Assembly: GCA_030431515.1 (NCBI GenBank) | Contig: JAUIIX010000008.1 | Span: forward strand, 13,071-77,070 | Direction: 5' to 3' | Source of the DNA: a bacterium | GTDB taxonomy: Bacteria; Bacteroidota; Ignavibacteria; Kapaibacteriales; UBA2268 | DNA: 64,000 bases | In this document: positions 9,585-20,087 of the stretch, one piece after another | Layout of the letters: each line of letters opens with the position of its first letter | Numbering within the stretch: position 1 is the first letter of the stretch | The notes under the pieces: generated by a model | The model's database searches: none | Told to the model about the DNA's origin: nothing | The model's input: only the letters and a program-made list of their open reading frames with translations | Translations under genes and position numbers: made by a program

Positions 9585-11618
9585 ATGAAAATATTAATAC
9601 TCTTTTTTCTAATAAACTTCAATTTCTTGCTTACTCAAGAATACGTTGACGAACCATATTCACCACGAAATAGTTTAGGATTATTTGGTGGAGTTGGTTT
9701 AAATTTTCACGCTGCTAATTTTCAAACACTTCCTGGAATAGATGGATGTTGTGATGAATATAACGTAGGTAGTGGGTTAGGTTATAATTTTGGTTTGTTT
9801 TATGATATGCCTGTATCAACTAAAATTGATCTTGATATTAGATTAATTTATGCAGAAATGGGTGCAAATCTATTAAAAGCTAGAGTGCAGAAAGTTCAAG
9901 ATGCTAATTATCAAGAAGTTGATAATGCAGAAGTAGAGTTTTCTATTGATTCAAAGTTGACAACATTTGGTTTAGAACCCTTGTTGGCTTGGAAGGTGTC
10001 AGATCAATTGAGAATTAAAGCTGGTGTAAGAGTAGCATATTTATTGTCAAATAATGCTATTCAATCTGAAAAAGTTTTAACTCCAAGTTATGGTGTTTTG
10101 ATTGATAAAGATGGAAATCAAAGAAGAGAAATAAATAAATATGATGGAGAAATACCAGAAATAGGAAGTATTGACATCTCTATTGTTGGTGCTATTTCTT
10201 ATGATTTACCATTAAACAAAAATTATACTTGGTTTTTAGTGCCAGAGGCAAGATACAGTTTAGGGCTTATGTCTTATCATCCTGATGATTTATGGCAATC
10301 TAACCAATTAACTGGTGGACTTGGAATAAGATATGCTCCAAGAAAATTAAAACCAGTAACACCACCGCCACCGGCACCACCACCACCACCACCGCCGCCA
10401 TTACCAATGCCTCCGCCTGCTGAGCCAGAGTTGGAAGCAAATATAATTGCAATGTCTGTTGATGAAAATGGAAATGAATCAAGTGTAGCAACAATAAAAG
10501 TAGAAGAGTTTGTACAGAATAAAACTCACCCTTTGCTTAATTTTGTTTTCTTTGATAATAATTCAGATCAAATTCCACTTCGTTATACAAGAATTACAGA
10601 AAGCGAAAAAGAAAACTTTAGTTTCAAACAATTTTTTTCACAAACAACTATGGAAGTATATCATAATATATTAAATATAGTTGGAAAGAGAATGGCGTTC
10701 TATCCTCAAGCAGAATTAACTTTAATAGGGTGTAATTCTAATACTGGAGATGAAAAGAACAATACAGATTTATCTAAAAGAAGAGCTGAAAGTGTTAAAA
10801 AATACTTAATTGATAACTGGAACATTAGACCTGACAGAATAAAAGTGGAAGCTCGTAATTTACCTTCTGTTGCTTCAAACCCAACTGCTGAAGATGGAAT
10901 TGAAGAAAATAGAAGAGTAGAAATAGAAACTAATATACCTTTATTGTTTGAGCCAATGATTGTATTAGATACCTTAAGAAATACAAGTGTACCTAATTTG
11001 AGATTTAAACCAAATGTGAAGACTCCAATTGGAATTAAATCTTGGAAATTATCTGCATCTCAAAATAATAAAACAATTAAAACTTTTACTGGTAAAAATG
11101 ATTTACCAAAAGTAATTGATTGGGATTTTGTTGGAGAAGAAAATCAAAAGTATATACCAAACTCGGAACTTCCAATTCAATATAATTTAGAAATTACTGA
11201 TAATGACAGTAAAGTATGGGCATCAGATATGCAATCTTTACCAATGAGACAAATGACTATCCAAAATAAAATTTGGGAAAATGTTGAAGATTATGAGATT
11301 GATGAATTTTTAATGATTGGATTTGGATACAATAAATCTGACTTAAATGAAGGTAACAAATTAATTGCTGACAGAGCTAAATTAAGAGTAAGAGATTATT
11401 CTGAAAATGACATTAAAGGTTACTCTGATAGAATGGGTAATGATGACTATAACAAAAGACTATCTGAAAGACGTGCTTTAGAAGTAGCAGACTATTTAGA
11501 AATTAACAAAAAATTTGTTAAAGGAATTGGGGAAGAAATTTTACTATATAATAATGATTTACCAGAAGGTAGATATTATAGTAGAGTAGTAAAGATTGTA
11601 ATTAAAACTCCAATTTAG
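9585..11618 (+). CDS. OmpA-family outer membrane protein (barrel + poly-Pro linker + two OmpA domains), paralog of 1983..4190
   Basis: Signal peptide. Barrel region (CCDEY ... IRYAPRKL) co-linear with paralog. PPPPAPPPPPPPPLPMPPP linker. OmpA-like motifs (NRRVEIETN; IKGYSDRMGNDDYNKRLSERRALEVADYL). Confidence 0.7.
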   Translation: MKILILFFLINFNFLLTQEYVDEPYSPRNSLGLFGGVGLNFHAANFQTLPGIDGCCDEYNVGSGLGYNFGLFYDMPVSTKIDLDIRLIYAEMGANLLKARVQKVQDANYQEVDNAEVEFSIDSKLTTFGLEPLLAWKVSDQLRIKAGVRVAYLLSNNAIQSEKVLTPSYGVLIDKDGNQRREINKYDGEIPEIGSIDISIVGAISYDLPLNKNYTWFLVPEARYSLGLMSYHPDDLWQSNQLTGGLGIRYAPRKLKPVTPPPPAPPPPPPPPLPMPPPAEPELEANIIAMSVDENGNESSVATIKVEEFVQNKTHPLLNFVFFDNNSDQIPLRYTRITESEKENFSFKQFFSQTTMEVYHNILNIVGKRMAFYPQAELTLIGCNSNTGDEKNNTDLSKRRAESVKKYLIDNWNIRPDRIKVEARNLPSVASNPTAEDGIEENRRVEIETNIPLLFEPMIVLDTLRNTSVPNLRFKPNVKTPIGIKSWKLSASQNNKTIKTFTGKNDLPKVIDWDFVGEENQKYIPNSELPIQYNLEITDNDSKVWASDMQSLPMRQMTIQNKIWENVEDYEIDEFLMIGFGYNKSDLNEGNKLIADRAKLRVRDYSENDIKGYSDRMGNDDYNKRLSERRALEVADYLEINKKFVKGIGEEILLYNNDLPEGRYYSRVVKIVIKTPI

Positions 11619-11679
11619 TAACGTTTCTTTCGTTTATGTGTATATTAAAATAAGTTCGATTTAAAAAAAGGTAAAAATC

Positions 11680-14600
11680 ATGAAAAATATAATTTTAATT
11701 TTATTTTTAATTTCTGGTTCTTTGTTTTCACAAAGTATAGTAATCAAAAATGTAGATGCTTCTGATTATCCAAATATATTGGTAGAAGTAGATGCATTTA
11801 AAGCAAATGGAGATCAATATAGAGATTTAGATGCAAACCCATTAATCCTAAAAGAAAACGGAACGGTTAGAACAGTTACAAATAGTTTTTGTGAAGAGGA
11901 TGCTGTAAGATTTTCATTGTTAATTTCTATCGATGGTTCAAGATCAATGGACTTAAATGAACAAGGAAATGATTTTGTTAGAAAGCCACAAAGAAGATAT
12001 GATGCAATTCTTAGATCGGTAGAATTTTTAATTACTCAATTAGATTTAAGTGCTTCTGAAGTTTCATTATTCCAATCATTAGGTTCTTCTAATTTAGTGA
12101 TGGATTTTTCACAAGATAGAACAGATATAATTAATAATATAAATTCTTTTCCTGATACAGAGTTAGCTTCAGATATTAATGCAGCTTTTTTAGGGTTTGA
12201 TGATATGAATAGACCATCAGGTATTGGAACTTTACAACACGCTGAAGAAGCAAGATGGAAACCTGTAGTTATATTTTTATCTGATGGTGGTCAACAATTA
12301 GGTAATCCTCCAGAAACATTTCCTCCAATATTAAGTGAAATTGATGCTGTTAGAATTACAACCAAAGCAAATGAAGTTGGTGCAATCATCTATAATATGA
12401 ATTTTGGTGATTATCCTAATTCTAAATTACAATCAATTTCAAGTTCATCAGGTGGAAAAGTATTTGAAAAAAGTGAAGTAAATACTGAAGATGGAATTAA
12501 AAATGTATTATATCAAATTATACAAGATGTTTCTCAAAATCCAGCTGCCCTTGCTCCTTGTGAAGTAAATTTTAATACTGATTGTAGTGGTGGTGGTGAA
12601 TTATATATCGAAACAGAAATTGAAGGAGTAACTGTTTCGGCAACTACGACTTACGTATTGCCAGATAATGTAAAACCTGATTTATTAATAGATAACAGAG
12701 CACCTAATTTTTTAAATGTAGCTGATGGTAGTTCTAAAGATTTTACAATAAAATTAACTGCAAAAGACAATAAGGTTAAATTTACAGGTTTTAATTCTGA
12801 TGATCCTCGATTTACCTTGTTGGATGATGTAAGAAATTTAACTTTAGATAAAGATGAAGAGAAAAATGTCAAAGTTAGGTTTACGGCTGATTCTGAAAAA
12901 ACTTGTTTAACTCCAACTCTTACTTTCGAATCTTCAGCTTGTTCTGGAAATGTATTTAACCCAACTGCTGGTTGGTTAAATGCTGTTGATGTCAACGTAG
13001 GAGCTGCAATTTTAGGTGATAAAGTAACAAATACAAGATTAGCTTATGAAAATAATACATGTGAAGAAATTACAATAACTAATATTTCAATTGATAATCC
13101 AGCATTTACCTATAACGCTACTTTACCTTTGAATATAGCTGCCGGAGCAACTGCTCAAATCGAGTTTTCTTACGAGCCAACTATAACTGGTCAAGTATCA
13201 TCACCTTATACAATTACTGTTGGAGGTGTTGATTATCCTGCTACTATTAATGGTGGTGGATCTGGACAACCAGAAATAGTTACTTCAGCTCCAAATGTAC
13301 CAACTGTTACTTGTGATGCAACTCAAAATATTATATTTGAGATAGAAAACACTGGTCCAGTTACTATGAATGTTTCTTCTATTGTTATCGATAATACTAC
13401 AGACTTTACATTAAATTCACCAAATACTTTAACTATTGCAGCTGGTGCTAAAGAAACTGTAGATATTACGTTTAATCCAGCAAATGAAGGTACTAAATTA
13501 GCAGATGTAACTATTACAAGTGATGCAACTGAAGCAATTAAAATAGTAAAAATTTCTGGAAAAAGAAATAATGTATCTGCACAAGCTAATACTTTAGATA
13601 TTGGAGTGATTTGTCCAGATAATGATTATGAATTTGATATTCCAGTTAATAATAACGGTGAAGTAGTATTTAATGCAACTTTATCAACATCATCATCTGA
13701 CATTACTTTTCCTAATGGTCCTACATTAGCATTAAGTACAGTTGGTGGTAATACAGTAGCAAAAGTTAAAATCAATAGCTCTACAGAAGGTGTTTTTGAT
13801 GCAGATATTGTAATTGAAGATGAATGTGGCGATCAACAAACAGTTGTTAAAGTTACTGGTGAGGTTAGATTAGCTACTGTAGATTATGATGATATTTCAT
13901 CTATAGCTATCAATACTAATTTAAATGTTCCTGTAACGGAAACTATAGCAATTAGAAATTTAGATAACAGACAAATTGATAATCTTGCTTTTAGTATTGT
14001 AGATAATCCAACTCAGTTTTCAATCACATCTGCACCAACATCAGTTGCTGCTGGTGGAACAGCAAATATAGAAGTTGAATATCTACCAACAACTCAAGGA
14101 ATTCATGACTTAAATATCATGGTAACAGGAGATGTTGCTGGAAATTCTTGCTTATCTACTCAATTACCAACAATATCTGGAGCTACAAATATTGCTGAAG
14201 CAACAATAACTGCTGGTGGATATCAAGGGTTAATTGGACAAGTTATTACTTTAGATAATATTACATTAACAGACGATATAGGATTTGCTTCATCAGGTGT
14301 TACCGATATTGAATTAGAAATTGTTGTTAATCAAAGATTATTAGTAGGGACTGGAAGTACACCAGTTGGCACTGTAACAGGTGAAGAAAGAACAATATCA
14401 TATACTTATAATGTATCGAATCCAATACCAATTACATTGTTAGTAACTGACCCTTTAGATAATAATATAAATTCAAGCGATATTATTATTAACACAATTG
14501 GAACTGTTCCTGCAAACAGAGCAATTTTAAATATTGTGAATGGTAATTTTAACTTGATAAGAGCAAAAGGTGATATAAAAGTTAGTGATTATTCTACGGA

Positions 14601-15285
14601 GGTTGGAAAAAATGTAACAATAACTTTAACAGCTGATAACTTTATAGAAGTTGATGCTAACCTACACCAAAAAATCAAAGGCGAATTAAAATTCAACGCA
14701 TCTATGTTAGCATCTCGTGGAAATACTGATAAAGGAAGAGTAGAATATGAAGGTGGTATTCCATATAAATACATTCCGTTTGAAATTGCATTAACACCTC
14801 CTAATCCTAAAACTCCTTCAATCCAGGTTGCAAGTTCAACTCCAGTAGATTTAGAATTTGTTGCAACATTTGGTTCTGCAGAAGAAACAAATTTAGAATT
14901 AGTTAATCTTTCTTCAGAAGTTGGAGTTATTGAATTAACTTCACCAAATATTGCTAAATTTACTATCACTAATTTATGTAAAAATAGCGATGGTACAATA
15001 TTGATGCTTTGGAAATCAGATGCTACTGCTCCAATAACTATGCTCGGTGAAAACCCAGTTTATAGGGCTACTGAATTTAGTATTAGTGCCTATGAAGACG
15101 GACCTTACAAAATTATTATTACAGACTTTAATGGTAATATTGTAAGCAATATTTACGAAGGTGATTTGACGAGAGGTGAATATAGATTTAATGTTCAACC
15201 AAATAATTATTCACAAGGAACATACTATATTAATTTAATAGCACCATCTGAAAGATTTACAAAAAGTTTTATTTTTGTCAAATAA
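11680..15285 (+). CDS. giant secreted vWA-domain adhesin-like protein with T9SS C-terminal sorting domain
   Basis: Signal peptide. N-terminal vWA MIDAS motif (LLISIDGSRSM). Long Ig-like/beta-rich repeats. C-terminal ~80 aa matches Por_Secre_tail pattern (KIIITDFNGNIV...GEYRF...GTYYINLIAPSERFTKSFIFVK). Confidence 0.65.
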   Translation: MKNIILILFLISGSLFSQSIVIKNVDASDYPNILVEVDAFKANGDQYRDLDANPLILKENGTVRTVTNSFCEEDAVRFSLLISIDGSRSMDLNEQGNDFVRKPQRRYDAILRSVEFLITQLDLSASEVSLFQSLGSSNLVMDFSQDRTDIINNINSFPDTELASDINAAFLGFDDMNRPSGIGTLQHAEEARWKPVVIFLSDGGQQLGNPPETFPPILSEIDAVRITTKANEVGAIIYNMNFGDYPNSKLQSISSSSGGKVFEKSEVNTEDGIKNVLYQIIQDVSQNPAALAPCEVNFNTDCSGGGELYIETEIEGVTVSATTTYVLPDNVKPDLLIDNRAPNFLNVADGSSKDFTIKLTAKDNKVKFTGFNSDDPRFTLLDDVRNLTLDKDEEKNVKVRFTADSEKTCLTPTLTFESSACSGNVFNPTAGWLNAVDVNVGAAILGDKVTNTRLAYENNTCEEITITNISIDNPAFTYNATLPLNIAAGATAQIEFSYEPTITGQVSSPYTITVGGVDYPATINGGGSGQPEIVTSAPNVPTVTCDATQNIIFEIENTGPVTMNVSSIVIDNTTDFTLNSPNTLTIAAGAKETVDITFNPANEGTKLADVTITSDATEAIKIVKISGKRNNVSAQANTLDIGVICPDNDYEFDIPVNNNGEVVFNATLSTSSSDITFPNGPTLALSTVGGNTVAKVKINSSTEGVFDADIVIEDECGDQQTVVKVTGEVRLATVDYDDISSIAINTNLNVPVTETIAIRNLDNRQIDNLAFSIVDNPTQFSITSAPTSVAAGGTANIEVEYLPTTQGIHDLNIMVTGDVAGNSCLSTQLPTISGATNIAEATITAGGYQGLIGQVITLDNITLTDDIGFASSGVTDIELEIVVNQRLLVGTGSTPVGTVTGEERTISYTYNVSNPIPITLLVTDPLDNNINSSDIIINTIGTVPANRAILNIVNGNFNLIRAKGDIKVSDYSTEVGKNVTITLTADNFIEVDANLHQKIKGELKFNASMLASRGNTDKGRVEYEGGIPYKYIPFEIALTPPNPKTPSIQVASSTPVDLEFVATFGSAEETNLELVNLSSEVGVIELTSPNIAKFTITNLCKNSDGTILMLWKSDATAPITMLGENPVYRATEFSISAYEDGPYKIIITDFNGNIVSNIYEGDLTRGEYRFNVQPNNYSQGTYYINLIAPSERFTKSFIFVK

Positions 15286-15310
15286 GTGCTAATTAAATTC
15301 ATTTAATTTA

Positions 15311-15340
15311 AAAGGACTTATTTAATAAGTCCTTTTTTTA
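15311..15340 (+). terminator. rho-independent terminator
   Basis: Hairpin AAAGGACTTA-tttaa-TAAGTCCTTT followed by T-run, 26 nt after stop of 11680..15285. Confidence 0.6.
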
Positions 15341-15373
15341 TATTTAAGTAAAAAGCTAACTAATTCAAACCAA

Positions 15374-16717
15374 ATGCCAAGTAAAATAATAAATAATAAA
15401 AATAATTTTGAAGAAGGAATATTTAAAATTTCTACTTTGTACATTATTGTATTTACATTAATTTCTTTGATTGTAGATTATTCAATTGTAGGATATGGTG
15501 TTCTACAACAATTCTACTCTGTAAATATGTTGTTATTTATATCAATATACCTTTTATCAAGAAAATTAAACTATACTAAGCTTATTATTCCATTATTAAT
15601 TGTTGGACTATCTACAATAATCGCAGTTTGGTTCTTAAATGGAGGAGTTGGTGGTATTGCTCCTTATTTATTAATGTCCTTCTCATTTATTGTTTTAATT
15701 ATCTGTAATCAAAATCAAAGATCAGTTTATTATTTAATTTTAATAATAGTTTTCTTTTTATTAACTATAATTGAAGCAAGATATCCAGAACTTGTAATAA
15801 ACCCAACACCACTTGAATTAAGAGCATTAGAGTTATCAATTAGTATGTTTATTGTTTTAAATGCAACATTTTTATTATTAAATAAATTCTTAAGTAAACA
15901 TGATGATTCTAAGCAAGAATTGAGTGAGAGGTCTGAAGAAATTAATATTAAGAACTCACAACTCGAAGAAATCAATTCAGAATTAAATAGCAAAATTACT
16001 GAATTAAAAAACTTAAATGACATTCAGAAGCAACTTAATACTATAATAGTTCACGATATAAAAGGTCCTGTATCATCTATAATTAATGGACTTGAAATCT
16101 TGAAACCTGAGTTTTCAGATAGTGGTACAAGTAAGTCAGATATTGATTTCTACAAAAGTATAATAGATTCATCTAAGCAGGTGAACTTAGTGGTAGATAA
16201 TATTCTTTTAATGGCTCAAATTGACAGAGGGTCATTACTGCTTAAAAATGAATTAATCCAGATAAAATATTTTGTAGATGAAGTAACAAAATTAGTTGAA
16301 GTTAGTGCCAAATTGAAAGATATTAATATTGTCAATAAAATTGGAGAAGGATTAGTAACAAACTTTGATAAAAATATATTTTCAATAATTATTAGAAATA
16401 TAATATATAATGCAATTAAATATTCTAAAAAGAATAGCGAAATTATTATAAACTGTAAAGAGTTAGATGAAGTATATGAAATTGAAGTTCAAGACTTTGG
16501 TTTAGGAATGGATATTAGTTTAATTGAGAAAATATATAAAGGAATAAATACTTCAAAATCAAGCAACTCAGAATACAATGATATGAGCACTGGGTTTGGA
16601 TTTAAAATAATTCAATCACTTATTAAATCTACAAAACAAAGTTTTAATATAGAAAGTGAAGAAAATAAAGGGACAAAAGTTAATTTTACTATCCCTAAAT
16701 TTAAAACAAATGATTAA
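15374..16717 (+). CDS. membrane sensor histidine kinase (orphan)
   Basis: Multi-TM N-terminus, coiled coil, H-box (IVHDIKGPVSSI), N-box (YNAIKYS), G-box (GFGFKIIQSL). No response regulator adjacent. Confidence 0.75.
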   Translation: MPSKIINNKNNFEEGIFKISTLYIIVFTLISLIVDYSIVGYGVLQQFYSVNMLLFISIYLLSRKLNYTKLIIPLLIVGLSTIIAVWFLNGGVGGIAPYLLMSFSFIVLIICNQNQRSVYYLILIIVFFLLTIIEARYPELVINPTPLELRALELSISMFIVLNATFLLLNKFLSKHDDSKQELSERSEEINIKNSQLEEINSELNSKITELKNLNDIQKQLNTIIVHDIKGPVSSIINGLEILKPEFSDSGTSKSDIDFYKSIIDSSKQVNLVVDNILLMAQIDRGSLLLKNELIQIKYFVDEVTKLVEVSAKLKDINIVNKIGEGLVTNFDKNIFSIIIRNIIYNAIKYSKKNSEIIINCKELDEVYEIEVQDFGLGMDISLIEKIYKGINTSKSSNSEYNDMSTGFGFKIIQSLIKSTKQSFNIESEENKGTKVNFTIPKFKTND

Positions 16718-16736
16718 TTAGAATTCTAAAAAAATA

Positions 16737-17513
16737 TTACAATAAATATCCAAACAAGGCATCTAAAATAAGAATAGAAGCTGCAGAAATTGTAAATGCC
16801 TTAACTGTACTTTGACCCACTCCTTCTGCTCCACCTTGAGTAGTAAAGCCAACATGTACACCAATTAATGCAGTTACACCACCAAAAACTAAAGATTTGA
16901 ATAAACCGATAAACACATCATAAACAGAAAAATAAGAAATAATTGAATCAAAAAATACATTAAATGCGAAATTAAACTTGATATTAGTTAAAACAAAACC
17001 ACCAGCCAAAGCAACAATATTAGAAAAAATTGCTAGAACAGGCATCATAATTATCGCAGCATAAATTCTCGGTAAAGCTAAATATCTATTCTTATCAATT
17101 GCCATCATTTCTAAAGCATCTATTTGTTCTGTTACCTGCATAGTACCTATTTGTGCTGCAATAGAGCCACCCACTCTACCAGCAATAACTAATGCAAGTA
17201 ATACTGGAGTCAATTCAGTAAATACTACTGTAGCAATAGAAGACCCCAAAAAAGGTGTTGCTATCCCAATCAAATTAAATTTATCAAATAAATTAGTAGC
17301 TTGAAGTGCTGCAATCGCTCCAGTAAATGAACCAATCAACAAAACTAATGGCAATGAGTCAGCTCCTACAATTGCCATCTGTTCAATTAATAATTTTCTA
17401 TCTTTATAAATCCTTTTCGTATATCTTAAAACATTATAAAATAAAATTACAATCGCTCCTAAAAACGAAAATGAGCCAATTATTTTTTTTCCTATCGCTT
17501 GAAAAAATTTCAA
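16737..17513 (-). CDS. mlaE: MlaE/YrbE-family ABC transporter permease
   Basis: 258 aa. Conserved MlaE region (VGADSLPLVLLIGSFTGAIAALQ...). Confidence 0.7.
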   Translation of the reverse strand: MKFFQAIGKKIIGSFSFLGAIVILFYNVLRYTKRIYKDRKLLIEQMAIVGADSLPLVLLIGSFTGAIAALQATNLFDKFNLIGIATPFLGSSIATVVFTELTPVLLALVIAGRVGGSIAAQIGTMQVTEQIDALEMMAIDKNRYLALPRIYAAIIMMPVLAIFSNIVALAGGFVLTNIKFNFAFNVFFDSIISYFSVYDVFIGLFKSLVFGGVTALIGVHVGFTTQGGAEGVGQSTVKAFTISAASILILDALFGYLL

Positions 17514-17530
17514 ATTTATCCTCTATATTA

Positions 17531-19099
17531 TTAATCTTTCTTGACTTTTCTTTCAAAAGCCGCTAATCTCATTATTATCAAGTCTTGTATATTCCTTACA
17601 GTGCTTGATGGTGTAGTAAAGTTATTAAAGCATATAACAAAAGATACAAGTTCACCATCTTTTGTCTTCAAATACCCAGCAATATTATTAACAAAATTCA
17701 TTGACCCAGTCTTTGCCCATACCTTTTTTTCAGCATTTGTATTTTTGAACCTATGCTTCAAAGTACCTTTTTCATTTGGTCTTGCCAAACTATTTAAAAA
17801 TAAATTATAGTCCTTTTGTGCGGCTATATAATTAAGTAATCTAATGATAGCTATAGGAGAAAGCAAGTCCATTCTAGACAATCCAGACCCATCAAATAAT
17901 TTCATACCAGAGCTTGGGATACCAATATCTTCTGCTAATTTTTTAATTTGTTCCAATCCATTTTCAGTAGATCCAACTCCTGACTTCTCTTTAGCAATTT
18001 GTTTTAATAAAATTTCTGCTAATAAATTATCGCTTTCAGAGTTAATTTCCTTAATAATCTGTACTATATCATTACCTTCATTCATAGCCATTAAATTCAT
18101 CTGATTATAATCCAAAACATTATCTAAATAACTATGAACTATAATTTCTCCATTGAAAGATATTTTATTCTTAATCAAAAAATCTTTAAAAACAGCTGCA
18201 AAATATAAACTTGGATTGTGAATTGTGCTACTTAGAAAGTATGATTTATCCTTATATTCATCTTGTTTAATTGTACCTTTCAATGAAATATTATTAGAAG
18301 TAAAATCTCTATCAAAAATAATATTAGATTCAGAATTATCTCCTTTAATCATTACTTTATTATCAATTGAAACATAATTACAATTTGGTTTTAATATAAT
18401 TTGAGCTTTTTCTCCTTTCTCACCGTCGCTATAAATCGAAATATCAACTAAATTATTATTAAAATTGACTGCACTTATTTGTGAAGAATAGTTATACTTA
18501 ATATCATCTATAGCCCAACCAATAGGATAATAAATATTATCAAAAAAACTTTCATCAATCACTAAGTTGCCACTAATAGACGAAATACCTGCCGAATCTA
18601 ATGATGTAATCCAATCTCCAAAAATTGTTTCATAATTTTGATTTGTGATTGATAAATTACCATTACTTCTAATAACTAAATCACCCATCAACATACCTTT
18701 ACGATTGACAACTCCATTAGTGTATATTTCTGTTGAAGGTCTAAAATCATTATTCAAATAAGATAAACCCATATATGTTGTAAAAAGTTTTACTAAAGAA
18801 GCAGGTGTAAAATTCTTATTCTGATTATAGTTATACAAATATTGGTTTTTACTTATAGAATATAAACTCACTCCAATATTTGCATTAAATAGTTCAGGTA
18901 TATTAATAAAATTATCAATATCATTAATCAAATCCTTAACAGGATCATAATTAATGTAAAAGATTGAGTCTTTCTTTATTTGTTCAGTATTGCTTTGAGA
19001 TTTTAAATTTAAAGCAATTAGAAAAATAATAGAAATATAAAATAATTTGCTTTTCATATTTAATAAATATTCATTAAATTCGTGTAAGATATTATACAA
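17531..19099 (-). CDS. dacB: D-alanyl-D-alanine carboxypeptidase/endopeptidase (PBP4, peptidase S13)
   Basis: Signal peptide. SxxK active-site motif in context (FTPASLVKLFTTYMGL). Size ~520 aa typical of PBP4. Confidence 0.65.
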   Translation of the reverse strand: MYNILHEFNEYLLNMKSKLFYISIIFLIALNLKSQSNTEQIKKDSIFYINYDPVKDLINDIDNFINIPELFNANIGVSLYSISKNQYLYNYNQNKNFTPASLVKLFTTYMGLSYLNNDFRPSTEIYTNGVVNRKGMLMGDLVIRSNGNLSITNQNYETIFGDWITSLDSAGISSISGNLVIDESFFDNIYYPIGWAIDDIKYNYSSQISAVNFNNNLVDISIYSDGEKGEKAQIILKPNCNYVSIDNKVMIKGDNSESNIIFDRDFTSNNISLKGTIKQDEYKDKSYFLSSTIHNPSLYFAAVFKDFLIKNKISFNGEIIVHSYLDNVLDYNQMNLMAMNEGNDIVQIIKEINSESDNLLAEILLKQIAKEKSGVGSTENGLEQIKKLAEDIGIPSSGMKLFDGSGLSRMDLLSPIAIIRLLNYIAAQKDYNLFLNSLARPNEKGTLKHRFKNTNAEKKVWAKTGSMNFVNNIAGYLKTKDGELVSFVICFNNFTTPSSTVRNIQDLIIMRLAAFERKVKKD

Positions 19100-19110
19100 T
19101 TTACAAAATT

Positions 19111-19638
19111 ATGCTAAAGGTAGCAATTATGAAAAAAATATTATTAATTATTTTACTTTTTGGGGTGATTTTATCATCTTGCCAAGAGTCTGAACTTAAA
19201 GATGAAGCGTATTTGATTGAAAGAAGTGAACTTGAAACGCAAGCTGGTTTTGACTGGTTTAGATATAATTATGATGAATACGAAGTAAATCAACTTGCTA
19301 TTGATAATATTAAATCCGAATTTAATAATTCTTATAAATTTTTAGTATTTGTAAAACCAACTTGTAATTGCAAAGGAACACAAATTGACTTTCCAAGTTT
19401 AATAAAAACTTTCGAATTAGCTGGTATTCCAGTTGATAATTATGAAATTTGGGCAACTGCTAAAGAAGATTACAAACACCCTTATACTGACAAAATTTCT
19501 TTAAATGATTTACCATCTTGCTATATTTTAAAAGATGGCATTCCAGTTTATTCTGTACTTGATACATTTAATTTACGACCAAATATTGATAGTATAGTAA
19601 AAGTTGAAGACATAATATCAGAGGCATTGAGCAAATAA
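19111..19638 (+). CDS. lipoprotein, hypothetical (possible thioredoxin-like fold)
   Basis: Lipobox-like LLFGVILSSC. No recognisable catalytic motif. Stop overlaps start of the next gene (ATGA). Confidence 0.4.
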   Translation: MLKVAIMKKILLIILLFGVILSSCQESELKDEAYLIERSELETQAGFDWFRYNYDEYEVNQLAIDNIKSEFNNSYKFLVFVKPTCNCKGTQIDFPSLIKTFELAGIPVDNYEIWATAKEDYKHPYTDKISLNDLPSCYILKDGIPVYSVLDTFNLRPNIDSIVKVEDIISEALSK

Positions 19639-20042
19639 TGTCATATTGGATAATAAAATCAGATCCTGAGAGCTATTCTTGGGATCAAATGAAAAAAGAC
19701 AAGCAAACATTTTGGGACGGTGTCCGAAACTATCAAGCTAGAAATAACCTCAGAGATATGAAAGAAGGAGATATTTGCTTGTTTTATATTTCTAATAAAG
19801 GCAAGAGTTTACTTGGAGAAGTTGAAGTATTAAAATCCAGTTACCCTGACCCAACTACAGACGATGATAGATGGCTTGCAGTTGATGTTAGATTTCACCT
19901 TGAGTACAATAAGCCACTGTCCTTAGCTGAAATAAAATCAAATAAAAAATTAGAAAATATTGGATTAGTAAAGCAAAGTAGATTATCAGTTATGCCAATC
20001 ACAATTCAAGAATACAATGAAATTAGAAAATTAGTAGATTAA
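19638..20042 (+). CDS. EVE (PUA-like) domain protein
   Basis: MSYWIIKSDPESYSWDQ...GVRNYQARNNLRDMKEGDICLFY matches the EVE/DUF55 signature. Confidence 0.75.
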   Translation: MSYWIIKSDPESYSWDQMKKDKQTFWDGVRNYQARNNLRDMKEGDICLFYISNKGKSLLGEVEVLKSSYPDPTTDDDRWLAVDVRFHLEYNKPLSLAEIKSNKKLENIGLVKQSRLSVMPITIQEYNEIRKLVD

Positions 20043-20087
20043 TATTTTCTTAATTTTACAAATAACTTTAAATAAATATACCAATAA

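Noticed and set aside
10300-10494. Antisense ORF across the poly-Pro tract (poly-Val translation)
   Set aside because: Artefact of the GC-rich proline codons read on the opposite strand.
12651-15198. Antisense ORFs 12651..12995, 14589..14969 and 15016..15198 inside the vWA/T9SS gene
   Set aside because: Embedded in the 1201-aa CDS, with no features.
15730-16023. Antisense 97-aa ORF in the histidine kinase gene
   Set aside because: Embedded. AT-rich, low-complexity translation.
17327-18104. ORFs 17327..17566, 17541..17810 and 17844..18104 antisense to mlaE/dacB
   Set aside because: Embedded in stronger CDSs on the minus strand.
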